From contig OX597827.1 of NCBI GenBank assembly GCA_951406725.2, positions 35,464,001-35,528,000 on the forward strand: 64,000 bases of DNA, given 5' to 3'. Shown here one piece after another: positions 26,860 through 40,390 of this stretch. Position 1 is the stretch's first letter; every line of letters begins with the position of its first letter. The position numbers and the translations under genes were made by a program. The notes under the pieces were generated by a model, which ran no database searches, was not told the DNA's origin, and worked only from the letters and a program-made list of their open reading frames with translations. The DNA comes from Octopus vulgaris. Taxonomy: Eukaryota.

Positions 26860-27050
26860 AAATGGTAAGGTGTTGTGGTCTTGAGCAAGACACTTTATTT
26901 CACATTGCTCCAGTTCACTCAACTGTAGAAATGAGTTGTGACGTCACTGGTGCCAAGCTTTGCCTTTCCTTTAGATGACATTGGTGGCATGGAGAGGGGA
27001 GGCTGGTATGCATGGGCAACTGGTGGTCTTCCATAAAAAAACCTTACGCT
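26860..27050 (+). mobile_element. SINE family C, 5'-truncated
   Basis: GTGTTGTGGTCTTGAGCAAGACACTTTATTTCACATTGCTCCAGTTCACTCAACTGTAGAAAT...GGAGAGGGGAGGCTGGTATGCATGGGCAACTGG. Confidence 0.75.
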
Positions 27051-27632
27051 GAAATCTGAGACGAGCCCAAAAGAGAGTACTGTTACTGTTGAAATAATTT
27101 ACACGATCAGGATTGACCTAAGGCCAAAGAACAACAGCGGCAGTTCATGGTCAAGTTGTCAGCCACGGCATGGATGTAGTCCTATAACATGAAACTGAGA
27201 CAGGTCATAGGAGGATCACGACATCACTAATGTAAAACAATCGCAGCAGAACAATAATAAATTCACAACAGTCCACTTTGTTATTTAAATTCGATCCTTG
27301 ATTGCAGTTGTTTGCTTGGATTAACTTTTGATACTGACTTCGATTTATGGCTCAAGAATATTGGAAGAGGTCATTCAGTACGCTTTATAGTTCAATTTGA
27401 AATGTTGCTTCTTTCTAGATGAAAATTCCGGATCGATGTGTTTTATATTTCTTTAGCTACTTTCTACTTTTTTTTTATTTATCTAGCCTCCTCTTCCCTC
27501 CTTTAATAGAAGACTAATTCAACTTGATACATTATCAGAGATATGCTTGGTTTATATCTCGGCCTACAATTCAGCGAATGAAAGCTTTAAGTCAATCGGC
27601 TACTGATCTTGCTATAAACATAATTCATCTTA

Positions 27633-28051
27633 GGAGGCAAGCTGGCAGAAACGTTAGCGTGCCGGGCGAAATGCTTAGCGGTATTTCGTCTGCCGTTACG
27701 TTCTGAGTTCAAATTCCGCCGAGGTCGACTTTGCCTTTCATCCTTTCGGGGTCGATAAATTAAGTACCAGTTACGCACTGGGGTCGATGTAATCAACTTA
27801 ATACCTATGTCTGTCCTTGTTTGTCCCCTCTATGTTTAGCCCCTTGTGGGTAATAAAGAAATAAAAATAGGTATTTCGTCTCTCGTTACATTGTGAGTTC
27901 AAATTCCGCCGAGGTCGACTTTGCCTTTCATACTTTCGGGGTCGATAAATAAAGTACCAGTTCGCACTGGGGTCGATGTAATCGACTTAATACCTATGTC
28001 TGTCCTTGTTTGTCCCCTCTATGTTTAGCTCCTTGTGGGCAATAAAGAAAT
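27633..28051 (+). mobile_element. Young SINE family B dimer (full unit plus 5'-truncated unit, each with an extended tail)
   Basis: Direct repeat of about 185 bp, GGTATTTCGTCT...CCTTGTGGG(T/C)AATAAAGAAATA; same structure inverted at 50769-51184. Confidence 0.88.
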
Positions 28052-28075
28052 ATATATAACATAATTCATCTATAT

Positions 28076-28120
<45 letters not shown>

Positions 28121-28235
28121 TGTGCCTGTGTATGAATGTATAGAGAAAAGTGCAAACAAGGTCAGTCGGTCACACAACTCTATCTGCTTTTTCCCTAAAA
28201 AATATGAATGACACACACATACATACATACATACA

Positions 28236-28268
<33 letters not shown>

Positions 28269-28616
28269 TGGCAAATAACCAAAATCCCTTTGTTTCCTCT
28301 GCCATAGTTTTGCCTGCTAATGTTTCGTTTACTTTCTGCATCAAATAGTTTACACGATAACCCCATTCGGAAAGCAAATATCGATAATCGATTAAACTCC
28401 TTCTGAAATATCGATTGAACAAAATAGATTAAATGTCACGCCTTGGGAAAATTTGTTGATCTGGAACGTTTCATTCAGTTAGTCTATATCATTTTATCCG
28501 ACAATTGGTAACAAACGCTATCTTTTTCGCTTTTTAATAAGTTCCTCGTATTCTCTCATAATTATATGTTCATTTCATAAATGTATATATGTATGTATAA
28601 ATATATACATACATAC

Positions 28617-28675
<59 letters not shown>

Positions 28676-28759
28676 CATACATAATACATACAAGAGCGGA
28701 ACACACATGCGCACGCGCGCACTCACACACACACACTATATATATATTTATGTATATAC

Positions 28760-28792
<33 letters not shown>

Positions 28793-28859
28793 TGTATGTA
28801 TGTATGTATGTATGTATGTATGTATGTACGTATTATGTATGTATGTATGTATGTATATA

Positions 28860-30133
28860 CAGGGGTTGGGCAAAATAATGGAAGCACCTTAAAATTTCAA
28901 ACAAATTTATTTTAATAGGAATTCTACGAGGTATGGACTCGTACAAAGTTTGAATTGTTTCTAAAGGAATGCTTGTCCATTCTTCAGCTAAAAGAGTCTC
29001 CAGTTCTTGTAGTGATGATAGTAGAATATATCGACTCCTTACTTGTGTTTCTAAAATGCACCATAAATGTTCAATAATATTGAGGTTTGGGGATAAGATA
29101 TTCAATTTCACTAATATTGAGGTTTGGGAATAAGATGTTCAATTTCACTAGAATGTTCCTCGTGCCATACAGTGACAACGTTAGCTGTGTGAATTGGTGC
29201 ATTATCATCCTGAAAGATTGCATTTCCCTTCAGAAACAGTTCCGCAACCATAGGATGAGTTTTATCAGATAAAATGCTTAAATAGTCTTGACTATTAATT
29301 CTGCCATGAAGGGAAACCATTGGGCTAGCGGATTTCCAAGATACAGTCCCACCCCAGATCATCACAGATCCTCCTCAATGTTTAACAGTTGGGAGAAGGC
29401 AGTCTGGGTCAAATGCTTTTTTTTTGTTTTTGGCTGCCTCCACACGTATACTCGGCCGGTGGTCGGAAATAAGGTAAGGGATGACTCGTCCGAGAAAATA
29501 ACATTCTTCCACTGCTCTAGGGACCAAGTCTGTAGGTTTTTTACTCCACTCTAAACGCTTTGCAGCGTTTGTTTTTGAAAGTAGTGGTTTTCTGATTGCT
29601 GTCCTTCCGTGAAATCCAGCTCTGTGCAGCTACTGGCGAATAGTTTTTGTGGAGACTGAGTTCTCGAGATGGTCATTAGGCTCTGCATTAATTTGGGGAG
29701 CTGTACTTTTGTGATCCTTTCTAACAATTCGCGTAAGAGTCCGACGGTCCCTATCTGAAAGTTTTTGTTTTCTTCCGGAGTTTTGTTTTGACGAGAAGGC
29801 TTTTCTCTCTTTCTCAAAGGCTGTCATTACTTTCGAGACATTACTTCTTGTTACACCAAACATTTCGGCTGTTTTCGTTACGCTAGCGCCTGCCATATGA
29901 GCACCAACAATTTGACCTCTTTGAAAGTCCAATAGATCTGTCATTTTAATGAATTTTAATAACCTTTTTCTGATGATATCTGAAAAGAAACAGCAATTTT
30001 AGCAAAACATATTAAGCAACACTAATAATAAATCAAAAAGTATAAAAATAAGCAAGCTTTTGACGCTTTTATAGATACTTCAAAATTATGATGATATAAT
30101 GCTAGGTGTTTCCATTATTTTGCCCAACCCCTG
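28860..30133 (-). mobile_element. Full-length Tc1-family transposon with disrupted transposase
   Basis: 30-bp TIRs CAGGGGTTGGGCAAAATAATGGAA(G/A)CACCT with TA on both sides. ORF pieces MTDLLDFQRGQIVG (HTH), FSDESS, MIWG, FQDDNAPIH, LNIIEHLW are broken by stops, frameshifts and a 37-bp duplication (29075-29148). Confidence 0.95.
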
Positions 30134-30399
30134 TATATATGTGTGTATATATATGCATACATACACGACGGGTTTCTTTTAGTAGAAGACACTTGCCTAA
30201 GATGCCACGCAGTGGGACTGAACCTGGAACAATGCATTTGAGAAGTAAGCTTCTTACCACACAACCATACCTGTACCTCTGTGTATGTGTGTGGGGGGGG
30301 GTCTGTATTTGATCATTTAAATTTTTCCTCTGAAGAAGTATCTGGTTTCTAACAAAGATACAAAGCTCCATATTTGAAATGTAGATAACAAAAACAATG

Positions 30400-31625
30400 T
30401 CACATTTTAAACTTGAGAAAAGTCTTGCATAGTTTTACTGTTCTGTTTACAGATTGTATTCATAATGTACGAATCGGTTGATTTCTTTTTCTGAAAATCC
30501 AAGCTTATCCAGACTGACAGTTAGACATTTACTTACAAAACCAAGTGCTCCAATTATTGTTGGTTATAAATGGAAATTTGTAATCCGGCTATAGAAGCTG
30601 TCTATTGTTATCTTCTTTATCTTTGATTTTCAAAGCGATATTCATATCAGCAGGACAGCTGATTTCTATGGTGGTACATACTTTTACTTGTGTGTCCAAA
30701 CAACAATAACCGGGCTGTTATGCTTACACTTCACAGATGTTTTGAAGGGAATGTTCCACCAGTATTCCTTGGGCTGGTATTTGTGTACCTATTCAATAAT
30801 AAAGGGTTTCTCTATATTTACTCCAGGACAGTATTTTTTTTCCCGAACGTGATTGTATATTGCTTTTGCGTCATCGTCATGTCGCATAGAGAGGTAATAC
30901 CTTAATGACATTTTTGGGCAACTGCTAATCACACGTGTGATATATTTCACAGAAATATGACATAGTCTACTTTTACGGTTGCATCTTGGAACTCCAAGGG
31001 CTTCACTGTCTCTTGTGTTGCAATCTCCGCTCTTGGACTGCAAATGCATGGCCTTCGAAGTGTGATGTGGTGTAGCGATCACGAATCCAAGAGAGGCTTC
31101 GCTTGATGTCAATGTTTCTATCTTCTTCGGGTCTACGAGAAACATACCCATGCATGGTCGTTTTTTTTTTTTGCATGCTGAGCATTTCACCCCCATGTCT
31201 TCTTTGAGGTGTGCTAGTCCAGTTGATTTGGGATTGTATAGGAGGTCATCAGGAAGAGAGTGTTTCCAAGGAGCTCGCTTCCAACACGTAGCATATTGTT
31301 CTCTTCGCTTTTCAGGCTTAAGTTAATGTAGGTATTTTTGCTGCTGTTGTTTAGCAAGTGCTGTCTGAGACATATTATGCGACATTCAAAGGCTGTCTAC
31401 ACTCATGTGAAACCTCTACCTCCTTTATCTCGGAGCCTGTCAATATCGTTATTTTTGTGAAGATTTCCAGTTAATATTAGAACCTAGTGGGATTAATGTC
31501 TATGGAGTCGATTTCTTCTACAGACCAGTCAAGAACCCTAAATGTTGGAATAAGCACTGGAACTACAAATGCATTGTTGGATAGTCTTGTTGTTAGAGGA
31601 AAATTCAGACTACCATATTTTTTAG
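30400..31625 (-). mobile_element. RLE-type non-LTR retrotransposon 3' part (R4/Dong-like)
   Basis: RDKGGRGF, TSHFEGHAFAVQE, zinc-knuckle region SRLCH...VISSCPKMSLRYYLSMRHD, EYWWNIPFKTSVKCKHNSP, TVKLCKTFLKFKM*; related to 22965-23373. Confidence 0.82.
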
Positions 31626-32165
31626 TCTATGTATATACGTATGTATGTGCGTACGTGTGTATGTATGTATGTATGTATGTATGTATGTATGTATGTATGT
31701 ATGTATGTATGCATGTATGTATGTACGTATGTATGTATGTATGTATGCATGTATGTATGTATCTATGTATGTACGTATGTATGAATGCACGTATGTATGT
31801 ATGTATGTATGTATGTATGTATGTATGTATGTATGTATGTATGTATGTATGTATGTATATTAAAGAGATTTGTTGCGTAAGGCCAGAACAATGCGTGACA
31901 GTACAAAGTAAACAACAAAAGTAAAAGGGAAAGAAAAGAAAACAAAGTAACAGTTTTACCTTGTCTTTCTCTATTTCGGAGTTAAGACCCTTTCTTCAGG
32001 ACATTTGAGGAAAATGAAAGATGGAACCCCGAAATATATAAATACAAAGTAGAACTAAAACTTTTGTTTTGTTTTCTTTTTCTTTTTGTAGTTCGTAGTT
32101 TACTATGTATCTTTAAAGTTATATTACACAATGCTTCAACAAAACTACTCCATATATATGTGCTT

Positions 32166-32237
<72 letters not shown>

Positions 32238-33045
32238 CAAGTAGACGAAAATATCCCTTTAATTTTCTTTACAACAAAAACAAAACTGTAACTTCTCAAA
32301 GAAAGAAAAGCAATAAATATATATATTACAATTTCTTTGGTGTAAGAACGTTAATTTATTCTGCCTTGTATGACCGGAGCTGTCGCTGTCGTTTGGTTTC
32401 ACACAATGCAAATGTATTGGCCCTGCGCCTAAGACATTAAGTTATTCAAATGAATCTCGCCTCAAGTATGCAAATCGTTGAAGGATAATAGCTAAAATGT
32501 TATGTCTGTAAACTGTAGCTCGGATACACTGGTCAATATAAATAACAATGACGTCTAATTTAACGATTGCCAGAGGAAAGATCGAAAAATGAAAAACAAA
32601 ATAGATTATTCATACTGCCGCCATTTTGAACGGTCATGTGAAGTTATTATATGAACATATTGAATTGTAATACTTTCTATTGACTTCTTTTGAAATTTCC
32701 ATTAGGACAGAATAAATACTTCCATTTTTTTCAGCTAATGACAATAATAGTGACATACTTAACTGTAATACAGTCTATTGATATTCCTTTTGAACTAATG
32801 ACATCACGATGATGAGAGACTTGAGGCAATGATCTTGATGATAATAATTTCTTTACTCGTCGCTAGGGCAAAAGATCGACAAAACTGTAAAAACATAGAA
32901 ATAAACGAGTATATTATAAGATAATAAGTGTAGATTTGTTTTCTTTTGGCCTAAACGAACGAACGCACAAACGAGAAACTCGAAATAGCTAAAAAGTGAA
33001 ATGTCAACCTCAAACGGATAAATAAACTCTCCTAATATGTGTGTG

Positions 33046-33095
<50 letters not shown>

Positions 33096-33322
33096 TGTGT
33101 GTATGTATGAATGTGTGTATGTATGTGTTTATGTATATATATATACATATATGTATACATATATACACGTATGTGTGTGTGAGAGAGAGAGAGGAGGTAC
33201 TGGTATATAGAAGACCCAAGGAGTGGCAAGTAACGCTAAGTAAGCGCTATGGACAGACCGTAGTTAAACACTTGGTTTGATAGTGATACGAGTGAGGAGT
33301 CTAATGTACGTTTTGTATATGC

Positions 33323-33560
33323 ATATATATATATATTAGACAAAATGAGATAACAAAGCCAAGGCTGTGAAGAGTTTTCAGGACATTTATAAGGAAAAAG
33401 ATATAGATATAGTCTTACAGCTGTTTCTGGGATATTAGGGATATCCATAATATCCCAGAAACAGCTGTAAGTCTATATCTATATCTTTTTCCTTATAAAT
33501 GTCCTGGAAACTCTTCACACCCTTGGCTTTATCTCATTTTGTCTAATATACATATATATA
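33323..33560. repeat. Near-perfect palindrome (~115 bp arms, no spacer)
   Basis: Centre GGATATCC at 33439-33446; arms mirror each other and carry GAAACAGCTGTA / TACAGCTGTTTC. Confidence 0.92.
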
Positions 33561-34513
33561 TTATATACCCAGGCCTATTCCCCATTTTTAGGAGTGGATA
33601 GCCATAACAGATTCTGAAAAGACGAAGTTGACTTTGCATATAAGGCTGAAACAAATACGTTGAGCATTTAAACCGTCACTCTAAGGATTCTGAGAAGATA
33701 AGTGTGTGTGTATATATATCTATCTATCTATCTATACATACATACATACATACATACATACATACATACATACATACATACATACATACATACATACATA
33801 CATACATACATACATACATACATACATACATACATACATACAGTATATGTACGTATATAACGATACTTGCTTGAAACAGTTTTAGTTTAAACACCGATAT
33901 ACAAAACACTGACTATCTTATAAGTAGCAGAGATATTTTGTGTGAGAGAAACATTCCCAATGAGACTTTTGTGTCAAAATTACTGGCCTTCGCTTTGGTC
34001 GCCTGTGGATCACCAGAAACGATGTTTCGATCTGATCTAGTCTCTTCAGTAACGAATGCCTTCGACCTTCTGAACGAAGCCGAAGATCATATATTTCCAA
34101 TATCGAAATCAGCAAACAAAACATTTATTGATTTTTCCGAAAACAAGTGAGGCTAGAATTAAATTGATATACAGACCATGATTTTGAAACAAAAGTCTCT
34201 TTGAGTTTTTTTTTTTTGTCTGAGAAACAATATCACTATCACAGCTAGGTGATACACCATAGTCAGCTCGGAGCGCTCTGTACTGGTGTGATGGATGCCT
34301 TTCCAACTCGCTAGTTTTCTCAGTACCAGATACCAAGAGAGGCAATTATGAGCTGACCAGAAAGCTTTGCTTCTTTTATCGTAAATCAGTCAATATTATT
34401 TACTGATGACGCATATTTACCATCAGACTGGAACAAAGTCGTGAGTAGATGCGTGAAGCAGTAACAGAAAGTATACATACTTGTGCAAAGAACACTGGAA
34501 TCACTTGAGGTTT

Positions 34514-34927
34514 TGTGATAAAAAAAAAACTTTTATTCTTTCCGTACACAAAAATTACTGTCATTACTACGAACGACAAAATGTTGAAAGAATTTAGAAC
34601 GTTATTGTTTTTGGTGTAATTGTAATAGTAGTCAAAAGTTAGCTGCTGGTTGTATTGATGTCTACAACAGTTCGCATATATTCGCCACCCGTCTGCAGTC
34701 TTATCTCTACTATTTCTCAGTGCTCTTTCTGCTGTCCCCTAAAGCTCGCTCTGTCTCTAGTAGTCACGGAGTGTCGAATTTATACTGATTGATTGGCCTC
34801 GAAGGAAGCGCGAAAACACGGCTGGAGCCTATTCCCCATAAAGTCGTGATTGGTCAGACTGTATGTTCACGTGAGCAATATTCTAGCAAATCGCGACATC
34901 GGGTGATTGGTGAATATTCCCGCTACA
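34514..34927 (-). mobile_element. Probable solo LTR with CCAAT/TATA promoter
   Basis: Minus strand begins TGTAGCGGG and may end TATCACA; three CCAAT boxes, CACGTG and TATAAA in order. No clear TSD. Confidence 0.45.
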
Positions 34928-35009
34928 TACTTAAGATCAGTTTAAATATGTTTAAGAGATATTTGAACTCGTAAAAGCTTTTCACTGCAGTTTGTCTTAC
35001 TATAAAACA

Positions 35010-35900
35010 TTGATTTATCCAAATCTGGGAAAATATAAGTTTCTGCAAATAAACAAATAACTCTAAAAATCTTTTAGTCTGAAACAAAACTCAGAATTAT
35101 AACAGTGTGAAACTCAAATATCTGGATGTTTTTCTAGACTGTAGATTAACTTTTAGGAAGCACTCACATAATCTTAAGGTCCACAATGAAGGTACGGGAT
35201 AATATTCTACAAAAACTAATAACTTCCCAGTGAGGTGCGGATTCTGAAACACTCAGAATAGCAGCTCTATCTGTTTGCTATTGATCTTTCAAAGTTGAGT
35301 AACTAGTATGAGCTAGATATTCATATATATGATCTCTAGACACCGTTCTCGACGAGACATACTAATATATAATTGACTGCGTCGGGTCCACTAACAGTGG
35401 TAATATTTACATGCCGTTTAGCATTGTTTCACTTGATATCAGGACGGATGTTGTCATAAAAGCTAGGAGACCAAAGTAGATGTTTGAGGAAAGGCATCCA
35501 TTATATGGATATCTTGAAATACGAACAAAATTAAAATCATGATAAAGTTTCATTTCACCCCAACATTACTGTAGATGTTTCTAAAGAATCTCACATATCA
35601 CAAACTTTAATAGAAGGAAATATTTCACCAATATCAGCTATGAAGACGGATCTAGGCGAAAGTGTGTTTAAATGGAGAAAGTCTAGAAATATTTTAATTG
35701 ATTCCATATTGGATTTGGCCTAACCCGAGGCGCTAAAAGTGAAATGGGGATAAAAGGTGAAATCCCCTTTCTGCGATTGTGGAACAGTCCAAATCATGAG
35801 TCACGTGCTGATTTGTCGATTATTGGATTTCACATATTGTTTGGAGGACTTTGGAAATAATTCAAATAATGTACAAGATTGTGTGAAAAAATAGAAAGAT
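35010..35900 (+). mobile_element. Vingi/Ingi-like LINE 3' fragment
   Basis: KYLDVFLDCRLTFRKH...RDNILQKLITSQ*GADSETLRIAALSVCY and C-terminal CDCGTVQIMSHVLIC, followed by a simple-repeat tail. Confidence 0.72.
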
Positions 35901-36287
35901 TTCATACAAAGACACATAATTACGATGATGACGAGAAGAAGAAGAAAAAGAACAACAACAACAATCTTGTTTTAAGACTATTTGTACGAATTTGTTAACC
36001 ATTTATTAGCATTTTATTATTTTCTACTTATTTGTTTTCTCCCTTTTATTGATTATCCAGGTCCCCTTCCCTACATGCACTCACGTAGACACAGTTTCTG
36101 GCTCACTAGAACAATATTAGCTGGATAAAAAAAAGTAAAGCTATTTTTCCAATAATACTTACTAGTAGAAAGAGCATAAATCTGACTGCTGTTTAATAAC
36201 TCTGGTTGTGTGTTTGGATATCTAATTACTTATAAGTCTTGTGTCTCCTTGTCATTTGATCAAGTGAATATACATACATACATACAA

Positions 36288-36394
<107 letters not shown>

Positions 36395-36739
36395 CATATA
36401 TATGTGCATGTACGTATAAATTAATGTATCAACTGTGTGATTGTGTGTCATATATATATATATTTATATGGTCAATTCAACGAACAAGCAATTCAAAAAC
36501 GAAAAGAAAAACATGAGAGGAAAAAAGCGAAAAAGGAAAAAAGAGGGAAAAAGACGAACGTGAGGACATGCACAAGAATATTATTAGTTTGACGCTCGGT
36601 AAGAGGAAAGTTTTTCACGTTTCCAGTATGGCCCTTTGCCAGAAAGGAAAAAGAGAAAAGTCCAAAGAAGAAGGAAGAGGAAAAATTGCCAACTGGTGTA
36701 TGCATATGTATATATATATATATATATATATGGAAGATA

Positions 36740-38620
36740 CGAGAATTTTTATTAGTCAGCACAATTGTTTCGTCACATCTAGCATCGATTCCTCACGGGT
36801 TGGACACTTAATAACTGGTTCAGGAGCATCCGCGGTACAAATGTGTCTTATCGGGTAATAAATAGTTATATCTCGTTAAAATAACAGTTCTGCAATGTAT
36901 CTTCTCATTCCGTAGAAAGAAAAGCAGCAAAAAAAGGATATATCTTCATTTCTATAGAAAAGCAAAAATAAAATCACAGATGCAAAAAAGAAACGAACAT
37001 GCAATACAGCGAGAAAAGTATTTAAAATAAGTGTAAATAGATATGGATGTATAAATGCCCTCGCGCTAGCTGCATGGTGCTTATACACCCGCTCATATAA
37101 ACATCCACGAAAATGTAGGCAACGCACACGTGTGTTTTGGTGTACACATGTTCACATAGCGAGTTAGATAGCTCCTTGGTGTTTATAAGAATGGGGAGAT
37201 TAAATGATCATACCTTAAAGTAAATTACGTTAACAGTTACTCAAATTCATTCCCACTGCATTGTGCGAAAGTACATTTATATGCATGTAGGCATCTTGAG
37301 AGTCTTTCAGAAATTCTATTAATGATCTTCCTCATCGGTCCACAGAATATACAGGGATTCCTCAGAGCAGAATCGGCATCTCCTGGAAATGATAATGTAT
37401 GGTATTGCATGCCTTACTAGGGACCAAATTATATTATACTTAATTTTATCTTCCTTCAGTCGCCACACAAAATCGGTCAAAGATGTTGAATGTCTCTAAC
37501 TGAAGCTGGTGACATGGTTGCAATAACGATTCTTAAATAAACCAGCAATCTGCCCCATGTAAAAATACTCGTGTGCACGGTACATTTATGTACAAATTTT
37601 GTACTCATACAGAAGTACATCAATGGGCATTTCGATTTTTCTCTGCATGAGCATTTATCATATTTATTTGTATATATGGTAGTTCTAACTTCATTTTCTG
37701 ATGTTGTTACCATGTTAGCTATATCAATATCATATTCATTTCTACTATCATAATTTGACTGTATTTGGTGTTTTCATTGTGCTTTACATCTTTGTTGGTA
37801 TTTAGACACGTACGTTTGCTAGATCCAGTAGGTGGGTTATTGAACTGTTGTCGCATTTTACTATTGTTTATGCAGTGCATATGCTGCTCTAAATTAGCAG
37901 AGTTAGCGTAGGATACCTTCATGATGTGTCGATTAAAAATGGCATGGTATCAATTAGATTTAGGAAAACATTTCTCCAAAACGGCAAAAATTTTCCAGCG
38001 AACCAAAAATTAGGTTGAACCAGAGGACATCATGATTTATGTTGTTTGGTTTATTTTATCTAGTGAGATGTACAGGTTGGGGCAATTTACTGTGTTATGA
38101 ATAGTTGGACTATAGTGTCGTGTGCGTCCATGAGTTTTTGCCGGTAGTTCATTGTTTTGACCAATTTTTCCTGACCTGTATTCTCGATCTGAGTGAGATC
38201 TCATACCGTAGCGTTGGGATGGTGTACAGTGTGTATTATTATTGGAGGAACTGACAGTGATGTATATGCCTGCTTCTAGTATATACTGAATTTTCTCACG
38301 GTACCCAGCCCTAGCTAAAGCAGCATAAGTGGCGTAATTCGAAAATTTTATTATTAGCGGATAATCAAGAAATTCTTATTGAAATATGCTAAGCTAATCC
38401 CCGTATTATCGAGGATGGGTGGCTGGATTCTACGTTAATGTAATTAATATAATCATTTGGCTTATGAAATGGTTCAAATAATCCAGTATCAAGACAGAAA
38501 GTAGCGTCAAGAAAATTTCCTCTACGATAATCCTTTCCCATAGTAATGTTCAGTCCAAATTTTTTTTTTTAAATCTAAAGAAATTTTTCCTATGCCTTTC
38601 TAACTGTACTTTACTACTTC
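36740..38620 (-). mobile_element. Penelope-like element (RT C-terminus, linker, GIY-YIG, 3' region), decayed
   Basis: FLDATFCLDTGLFEPFHKPNDYINYINVESSHPS, HAIFNRHIMKVSY, CSCREKSKCPL; degenerate hammerhead at 36760-36858. Confidence 0.8.
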
Positions 38621-38751
38621 TGTCCAGAAAGAATATGTATATGTATATATATATCATGTGAACATAATGCGAACACTTTAAATTATGTGCATATTGTAAA
38701 CACTTCTTTGAATTTTGAACACTTTGTCAGCTAATTAACAGCCTATAAGTT

Positions 38752-38927
38752 CATTAACTTTCCATAGGGTCATCAACACTCCATCTGACCATTAGCATCC
38801 CATCAGATAATTTTAACGCTTCATCAGATAACTGTCAATCCATAGGATCATTAACACTCCATAACTTCATTAACACCCTATCAGATAATTAAACACTTCA
38901 ACGTATTAATTACTCCTTCATCTAATT
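38752..38927. repeat. Degenerate ~19-20 bp minisatellite (CATTAACACTCCATCAGAT-like)
   Basis: Recurrent cattaacac / catcagataa blocks. Confidence 0.6.
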
Positions 38928-39014
38928 GTGAAGTTTTCGTCGCGGAAAGCGTTTACATCATTGTAGCTTCAGGGACAATGGCTGCGAACTCCAAGGTCAT
39001 TCAAAATCAACAAC

Positions 39015-40390
39015 AGTAAAATGCTTAGCGACATTTCGTCAGTCTTTACGTTCCGAGTTCAAATTCCGTTGAGAACTTTGCTTTTCATCTTTTCGGGGTC
39101 AATAAAATAAGTATCAGTTGAACGCTCAGGTCGATGTAATTGACGTATCCTCTCCCGCGAAATTGCAGGTCTTGCGCCAAAATTTTGAAGCCAATACCTC
39201 TGTCACTGCCTATGACGGCGAACTGACAGAATCGTAGCAGCTCTGAACAAAATACGTAACGGTGTTTCTTCTGGTACTTCTAAATTCAAACACCTCTAAG
39301 GTAAACTTTGCTTTTCGTTTCTCAGGGTTCATTAAAAATAAAGTGTCAGTCAATACTAGGGTCAATGTAATCTACTTCCTCCTCTCCCTTTAAAATTTCA
39401 AGCCTTGCACACAAAAAAACATTAGAAAGAACATTATCAATGTTGCTCTGTTACGACTAGCAATACAAGTATTATTACTACTACAATGCCATAACAACCA
39501 ACATCTTGCAACAACCAGAAATCAAAACCCACTATGGTTGTCTTTCCAAAACAATGAAATTGGATTGGGGATTATAGGACATGTCTGTTTCTTTCATCAA
39601 GCCACAGTATTTATTTCAGTTTCATTCTAATTTTATCGATCTCATTTATTATATTTCTAATATACGTTTTTAACATAGCGGGCTGATATACTATCAGATC
39701 CAACTAAAAGATATTACACAACCCAAGGCTACAGTGAAATATAGTTGCTAAAACCCCATCTTGCAATATTTGTTCTGTACAGAGTAATAGACACTCCCTT
39801 GTCACGTTCACCTTCAGAAATGCTGGGAAACAGCGACTGGTCCATTGGAAACCTGTAGCCATAGGCACCATTGTTCACAAATACGATATAAAATAAATAC
39901 ATGAATAAATTTCTAAATAAACTAAATAGATTCATTAATGTTATTATTATCATAAAGGCAGAATCGTTATCTCACCGGAGAAAATGCTTAGCAATATTTC
40001 TTCCGGCTCATTACGTTCTGAGGTCAAATATCGCCGTGGTCATCTTTGCTTTTCTTTCTTTCTTTCGGGGTGGATAAAACAAGTACCAGATGGACACTGG
40101 GATTGGTGTAATTGATTTCCACTTCCCCCAAAACTGATGTCCTTGAGCCTAAATTAAAAAGAATTATTATGATAAACACAAGAAATAAGAATTGTTATCA
40201 CGCCAGGCGAAATGTTTAGCAGCATGTCATCCGTCGCTACGCCCTGAGTTCAAATTCAGCCGAGGTCGACTTTGCCTTTCATCTTTTCGGGGTCTATGAA
40301 AAAAGTACCAGTTCTACGCTGGGGTCGATGTAATCGACTTACACCCTTCTCCGTATTTTGCTGATCTTGTGCCAAAATTTGAAACCATTA
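39015..40390 (+). mobile_element. Two tandem pairs of SINE family B (39015-39430, 39955-40390)
   Basis: Repeated AAATGCTTAGC...GAGTTCAAATTC...TTTCATCTTTTCGGGGTC units. Confidence 0.78.
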
